NCBI GenBank assembly: GCA_038893835.1
Contig: JAWAQR010000003.1
Location: 1 to 64,000 of the forward strand
From: Archaeoglobaceae archaeon
Lineage (GTDB): Archaea; Halobacteriota; Archaeoglobi; Archaeoglobales; Archaeoglobaceae
Length of the DNA: 64,000 nt
Direction of reading: 5' to 3'
Positions 59,295 through 64,000 of the stretch are shown piece by piece (positions within the stretch are counted from its first letter, which is position 1; every line of letters starts with the position of its first letter). The notes under the pieces are model-generated. The model did not search any database, was not told the DNA's origin, and saw nothing but the letters and a program-made list of their open reading frames with translations. Both the position numbers and the translations under genes were made by a program.

Positions 59295-59749
59295 TTAATC
59301 GCCTGCCTGATCTTTACAGCTACACCTCTCTTTAGTGATAACATTTCAAATGCAGAAAGCACAGCTTTTCCAGTTGCGAGCAATTCGTCTTTTTCATTTA
59401 CAACTATCACTTCATCGTTTGCCCTTATCCTTTCATCCACTTTCACGACATGTTTTGCGAAAACACTTTTACCTTCTGCAATGAATTCTGAAACTTCGTT
59501 TGTCACAACAACCCTCCATTTTGGGAATGGGAAGAAGGAATGAATTCTTTTTGCCCCCTCAATGCTGAGAGTTAAGAGTCCAGAATCCGCTTTCAGCGTA
59601 GCCACTCTTCTTCCATTATTTATTATTTGCCTTATTTTTCCGTTCTTCGACAGTATAAATTCGCAGTTATCCGGAAATAGAACTTTTCCCACCCCAAAAC
59701 CGAATTGGTAATCTGCAATCGCCCTTACAATTCTGAGGTTATCTACCAT
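59291..59749 (-). CDS. Stand-alone C2+PUA domain of split archaeosine tRNA-guanine transglycosylase
   Basis: IADYQFG.G.G, G.LTLSIEGA, GKSVFAKHV, DEVIVV, RGVAVKIR. Confidence 0.8.
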   Translation of the reverse strand: MVDNLRIVRAIADYQFGFGVGKVLFPDNCEFILSKNGKIRQIINNGRRVATLKADSGLLTLSIEGAKRIHSFFPFPKWRVVVTNEVSEFIAEGKSVFAKHVVKVDERIRANDEVIVVNEKDELLATGKAVLSAFEMLSLKRGVAVKIRQAIK

Positions 59750-60251
59750 ATCTTCTCTCCCTCCTCTGATACTCCCTCAATATCCTTAGGAAATCGATGT
59801 ATCTAATCGTTTTCCAATCCACATCCGTGAACAGCAGCTCGCTATAAATACTCTGCCATATCATAAATTCAGGCACCTCTTTTCCAGCCTTAACTATTAT
59901 ATCCGGCTGTGATTTCAATATAAGGAAGGCTTCGAATTTTTCCTCATCTATATCTTCAGCTTTTAGCTCTCCTTTGAGTACCTTTTCTACTAACTTTTTT
60001 ATCGCATTCACCACTTCCTCCTTCCCAGACTTGTTCACGAAGTTTAGCTTTATTCCATCGACCTTTAAATCTAAGTCTTCCACATTCTTCATGCAAATAG
60101 TCACTTCCTCTATTCCGAACTTTTTGCACCATTCGAGAAATTTTTTGAAATTCTCATCTATTTCTGAGCAGATGATCATCAAATGCTTTGGAAAAACGCC
60201 TTTTTTGATAACTTCCCTTTCCAGCAGAAATCGATACAGCAATCTTAGCAC
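59739..60251 (-). CDS. Non-catalytic cis-prenyltransferase-like subunit (Nus1/NgBR-like)
   Basis: PKHL lacking DGNRR; FMIWQSIYSEL.F; C-terminal RRYG (RxG motif). Confidence 0.8.
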   Translation of the reverse strand: MLRLLYRFLLEREVIKKGVFPKHLMIICSEIDENFKKFLEWCKKFGIEEVTICMKNVEDLDLKVDGIKLNFVNKSGKEEVVNAIKKLVEKVLKGELKAEDIDEEKFEAFLILKSQPDIIVKAGKEVPEFMIWQSIYSELLFTDVDWKTIRYIDFLRILREYQRRERRYGR

Positions 60252-60288
60252 TTAAAAATTTAAATGTCCTACTACTTAACTCTTTTCA

Positions 60289-61455
60289 ATGTTTCCAGCT
60301 CTGATGGCCTTCATATCGTTGCTCGGAATTTATCTTGATCCAAGGCTAATTTTTGCCTTAATGTTCATATTAACCCTTTTCTACGCAATCCGTTTTTCTG
60401 GAGAGCATTTTAAAGTCTTAATAGCAGCAACTTTCCTTTCTGCACTTGCATGCTTCATGCAAAAGGAGATAATTTATGCTGCAATTTTCCTAACATTTTT
60501 CTACGATTTTAGAAAAGACGTTCCATGGGACATCGCAATTTACACCTCCGCAGCAATCCTATATTTCTCATTATTTAGCGTTATAAATAATGTCTTCATA
60601 AATCCTGAGTACATAATCTTTCTATCCTTAGCAGGGGCACTTTCAGCAGCTCTTGTTGAAAGTGTTGAGACTGCTGCAGATAAAAGGATGACGATGCTGA
60701 TATGCGTCGCCACAACTTTTGCAATCTTCAGAATTTACATTCCAAACGCTTCCCTACTAAGCCTAGCATTTGCGTTCGCAATCTCTTCTATTCTTTCTCT
60801 CTTTGCCCTGAAATTAAAAATAGCAGACAAGAGTGGATTGATCAGTGCAACGATCGTTGGAACTCTCATAATCCTTTTTACCGACATCAGGTTCTTTACA
60901 GTCCTCTTAGTCTTTTACATCCTCGGCTCAGCTATAACGAAGTATAAGTATTCAATAAAATTAGATTTGGGAATAGCTGAACCCTCTGGGGGGGCTAGGG
61001 GTTTTTCGAATGTCTTTGGAAATAGTCTTGCCCCCCTTTTCTTTGCGATTCAGTTTGGAGCGACTGCAAATCCACTATTTATCTCCGCCTTTGTATCTTC
61101 AGTAGCAACGGCACTTGGAGATACAATGGCAAGCGAAGTTGGAAAGACGGCGAAGAACGTTTACTTGATAACAAACTTTAAGAAAGTCGAACCCGGAACT
61201 AGTGGAGGTATATCGCTAATAGGCGAAATTTCCGCGCTAGCGGGATGTTTGATAATCTTTTCATCATCACTAGCGCTTAGCCTAGTAGATTTTAATCAGC
61301 TGATTCCAGTAGTCGTTTCAGGTTTCATAGGAATTCACATTGACAGCTTTCTTGGAGCCACGCTTGAAAAAAAGGGACATATAAACAACTTTGCAGTCAA
61401 CTTTCTAGCAACACTTTTCTCAGGAGTCATCTGTTACCTTCTTCTTGTCTTGTAG
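60289..61455 (+). CDS. DUF92/TIGR00297 membrane protein
   Basis: RGFSNVFGN, ATALGDTMASEVG, PGTSGGIS..G, DSFLGATLE. Confidence 0.88.
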   Translation: MFPALMAFISLLGIYLDPRLIFALMFILTLFYAIRFSGEHFKVLIAATFLSALACFMQKEIIYAAIFLTFFYDFRKDVPWDIAIYTSAAILYFSLFSVINNVFINPEYIIFLSLAGALSAALVESVETAADKRMTMLICVATTFAIFRIYIPNASLLSLAFAFAISSILSLFALKLKIADKSGLISATIVGTLIILFTDIRFFTVLLVFYILGSAITKYKYSIKLDLGIAEPSGGARGFSNVFGNSLAPLFFAIQFGATANPLFISAFVSSVATALGDTMASEVGKTAKNVYLITNFKKVEPGTSGGISLIGEISALAGCLIIFSSSLALSLVDFNQLIPVVVSGFIGIHIDSFLGATLEKKGHINNFAVNFLATLFSGVICYLLLVL

Positions 61456-63206
61456 ATCAATAACGAGGCGATCAAAGCTATAGTTGCTATACTTCCTTCA
61501 AAACCGGGAATTTCTAGCACTTTCCTTATGGAACCCCTAGTTTTAGAAAACGCTTGCTCCTCTTCAATCAATCCCCGCTGTACTAGCTCTTTTTCTTTCC
61601 CAACCTTTACAATGTTGGTCATGAACTTGGCTATTCTTTCGGAAAGCGAATAATAGAGAAGCTTTGCATAACTGTTTTCCGAATTTTCAGCGTATTCAAA
61701 ATAGGCTATCGGTAAAATTGGGTAGCAGACTTCTTCAGCATTCACTATCGCACTCTCAGCGTTCTTTCTTCTTTCCTCTATTTTACCAGCTATATCCCCA
61801 TACTTTGCCTCTATCGAAAGACTCGCATCAGTTATAGCGTTCAAAGCTTCAAAAACGGCACCAGCATAGAGCGATTCTGAATATAGCATCTTTGCAGCAT
61901 CGATCGATTCTAAAGCTCTTTCAAGCAAATCTGAATAGCTGCTTAGGGATGATGCGTAAACTATTATAGAATTTGCCTGATTTATGTAAAACTCTGCTCT
62001 TCTCTTCATTTCTGAAGCGTTTAGACTGTAGTCATTTTCTTTTATAAACTTCAGAAGAGATAACCACACTTTGGCGCTCTCTATTCTTTCCTTTGCATAG
62101 GCAAGATTGTATAGAACTTCTTCAGCACTTCTCGCAGTTTTTGCTTTATTTAATGCCTTAATAGCCTCTGCCATCCTTTCCTGTGCTCCAGCAAATATTT
62201 GGATAGAATTTGTACCTAAGGGCTCATTTTTGAAGTAATTCTTCAGAATCGATATTTCCCTCTCGATTTTGTTGATTTCATTCTCAATCTGCTGTGCGGA
62301 AACGAGAGTTTTCTTATACATCTCGTATCTCATCAAGATCTTTGCTTGGAAGAGAAGGCTTGTGGATGTGTAGTAGTTGCCTCTGTTGTAGTTCTCTTCA
62401 GCCCTTTTTACGAGGCTCATCGCTTCCTTTGTCATGTAATTCTCCAGTTCAGCAAGACTTTCCTTCATCCTGTCAGCTAGATATTTAAGTTCTTCAGAAT
62501 AGATTGTTATATTTATTTTTTTCTCTTCTCTTAAAATCTCGTAACCAGTATAATAGCGTAGCGCATCATTTATGTTTCTAACCTCTACAACCTTCACTCC
62601 CAGCTTTTTGCCGTATTCAACCAGATCAATTTCTCTGAGTTCAGTCGTTATAATATTCACTATACCAATTCTTCTGACCGTCCTTTCTTCCACAGTTATT
62701 ACACTTTGACCACTTGGAATCAGGAAAATTTTTCCCCCATTTTTTGCAACTGCTTCCAACTTGTAATTCAAACCTCCAACTGGCCCTATAAATCCGTCTG
62801 GGTAGATCATACCGCTCATGTAAACGCTTTCATTGAGATCCAGATTTTTGAGAGCTGCAATGGTTGCAATGGTCATCACAGCTCCCGCAGAAGGTCCGCC
62901 TACAATTGGAGCATCTGCTTCAACTAGGTAAAAGAAGTCAAACTTCATGAAATCTATTCCTAGTAAATCACATGCTGTAATGGCGGCAAGCTGAGCACTA
63001 CCCTGCATGTCAATTTCTGTGAATGGAGTTGTTGAAACGAAAACTCTTCCGTTTCCAGGATTTATGAAGACAGTTATATTTATAATTGCCCCTTCAACGT
63101 CCTTTCCACTGGTTACTGCTACAGCTTTTATCGATTTTTGCATTTCAAAGGCAGTGGAGGAATGGATAATTGTCAGTAGGATCAACAAGATTAGCGCGCA
63201 TCGCAT
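61434..63206 (-). CDS. Secreted Lon-like S16 serine protease with PGF-CTERM anchor
   Basis: Signal peptide, GGPSAG (catalytic Ser), GPVGGL..K (catalytic Lys), C-terminal IPGFE + TM + RRR. Confidence 0.88.
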   Translation of the reverse strand: MRCALILLILLTIIHSSTAFEMQKSIKAVAVTSGKDVEGAIINITVFINPGNGRVFVSTTPFTEIDMQGSAQLAAITACDLLGIDFMKFDFFYLVEADAPIVGGPSAGAVMTIATIAALKNLDLNESVYMSGMIYPDGFIGPVGGLNYKLEAVAKNGGKIFLIPSGQSVITVEERTVRRIGIVNIITTELREIDLVEYGKKLGVKVVEVRNINDALRYYTGYEILREEKKINITIYSEELKYLADRMKESLAELENYMTKEAMSLVKRAEENYNRGNYYTSTSLLFQAKILMRYEMYKKTLVSAQQIENEINKIEREISILKNYFKNEPLGTNSIQIFAGAQERMAEAIKALNKAKTARSAEEVLYNLAYAKERIESAKVWLSLLKFIKENDYSLNASEMKRRAEFYINQANSIIVYASSLSSYSDLLERALESIDAAKMLYSESLYAGAVFEALNAITDASLSIEAKYGDIAGKIEERRKNAESAIVNAEEVCYPILPIAYFEYAENSENSYAKLLYYSLSERIAKFMTNIVKVGKEKELVQRGLIEEEQAFSKTRGSIRKVLEIPGFEGSIATIALIASLLIYKTRRR

Positions 63207-63253
63207 GTAATTGATTGGAAATAAAATTAATAAAAGCTTTTTCCAAGAAAATT

Positions 63254-63679
63254 TCAATCTCTAACGAATATGTAAATGCTGTAATTTCCAGTTGGAGCGC
63301 TTTCGTTCACGATTATGTGAGCATATACAACAGTTGTCGAAGGGGCTTCAGCAGTCCCTTCAGGTAGGCAAATTGGTCTCCTAAAGTAAATACTATTTCC
63401 ATTCGTGTCTCTGAATTTTACATCCACCATTTCAGGATTGGGACCTAAAATGACGTCTTCAAAATAAACACAGACTTCTGCTCCGGAGTTGTTCACCCTC
63501 AGCTTTTTCACATACTCCATACCCTTTGCTACATCGATGCTAAAGTATTGTGGATAGACAGTTACATTGCTCTCGAAAACCTTTACGTTACCTTTCACGC
63601 TAAAGTAAACAGAAGCTCCAACTCCTATTCCGATTAGTAAAATATATATTGCAACAATCCAAAGCTTTCGCAAATGCAT
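63254..63679 (-). CDS. Membrane-anchored beta-rich hypothetical protein
   Basis: N-terminal TM helix; C-terminal APTGNYSI resembles an Ig-like fold end. Confidence 0.65.
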   Translation of the reverse strand: MHLRKLWIVAIYILLIGIGVGASVYFSVKGNVKVFESNVTVYPQYFSIDVAKGMEYVKKLRVNNSGAEVCVYFEDVILGPNPEMVDVKFRDTNGNSIYFRRPICLPEGTAEAPSTTVVYAHIIVNESAPTGNYSIYIFVRD

Positions 63680-63737
63680 ATCTCTAGCATTGGTATTAGA
63701 ATAAATGCTTTACTCTATAAGTTCGCTAAAGTCTGAA

Positions 63738-63757
63738 CCAAAAACTTTATATAGAAA
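63738..63757 (+). promoter_or_regulatory. Thermosome promoter (BRE/TATA)
   Basis: CCAAAAACTTTATATAGAA; GGAGGTG SD before ATG 63795. Confidence 0.6.
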
Positions 63758-63794
63758 TACCTATCCACCAATCTTTGTAATCGGAGGTGGTGGA

Positions 63795-64000
63795 ATGCCA
63801 GTACTTCAAGGCACTCCTGTGCTCATACTTAAAGAAGGGACGCAGAGAACAGTTGGTAGAGATGCGCAGAGAATGAACATAACAGCTGCCAGAATAATTG
63901 CTGAAGCTGTTAGGACAACCCTTGGACCAAAGGGAATGGATAAAATGCTCGTGGATAGCCTTGGAGATATAACGATAACGAACGATGGAGTTACAATACT
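63795..64000 (+). CDS. Thermosome (group II chaperonin) subunit, only the 5' part in window
   Basis: [43 protein letters not shown]. Confidence 0.96.
   Translation, partial: MPVLQGTPVLILKEGTQRTVGRDAQRMNITAARIIAEAVRTTLGPKGMDKMLVDSLGDITITNDGVTI

Noticed and set aside
1-64000. CRISPR array, IS elements, inteins, tRNA introns, and the many short antisense ORFs in the track
   Set aside because: No regularly spaced repeats, transposases or oversize insertions are seen. All tRNAs have contiguous anticodon loops. The short ORFs are shadows of well-supported genes.

Overview
Gene-dense archaeal core chromosome, most consistent with Archaeoglobales (Archaeoglobaceae). Supporting genes: fwdDBAC, cdhAB, Fno, AMA-type AAA ATPase, acyl-CoA dehydrogenase, stand-alone gyrA, DsrT-like gene, BpsA and a thermosome. 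The window holds about 65 CDS, five intron-less tRNAs without encoded CCA (Ser-GGA, Phe-GAA, Glu-CTC, Pro-GGG, Leu-GAG) and an unlinked 5S rRNA. I see no CRISPR array, transposase or integrase. The most interesting signals are small elements missing from the ORF track: (1) two Lys/Glu-rich micropeptide genes (26 and 20 aa) after tRNA-Ser that share an identical 15-bp promoter; (2) an internally deleted minD relic that keeps its membrane-targeting helix as a 27-aa ORF; (3) a ~100-nt speD-bpsA leader containing a hexapeptide uORF and a competing out-of-frame start with a strong SD; (4) an Mrr-like nuclease with a variant S-C-K motif at the left edge; (5) a candidate hairpin sRNA with a stable-RNA-type promoter next to tRNA-Phe. 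All family assignments come from motif recognition by eye, not database searches.
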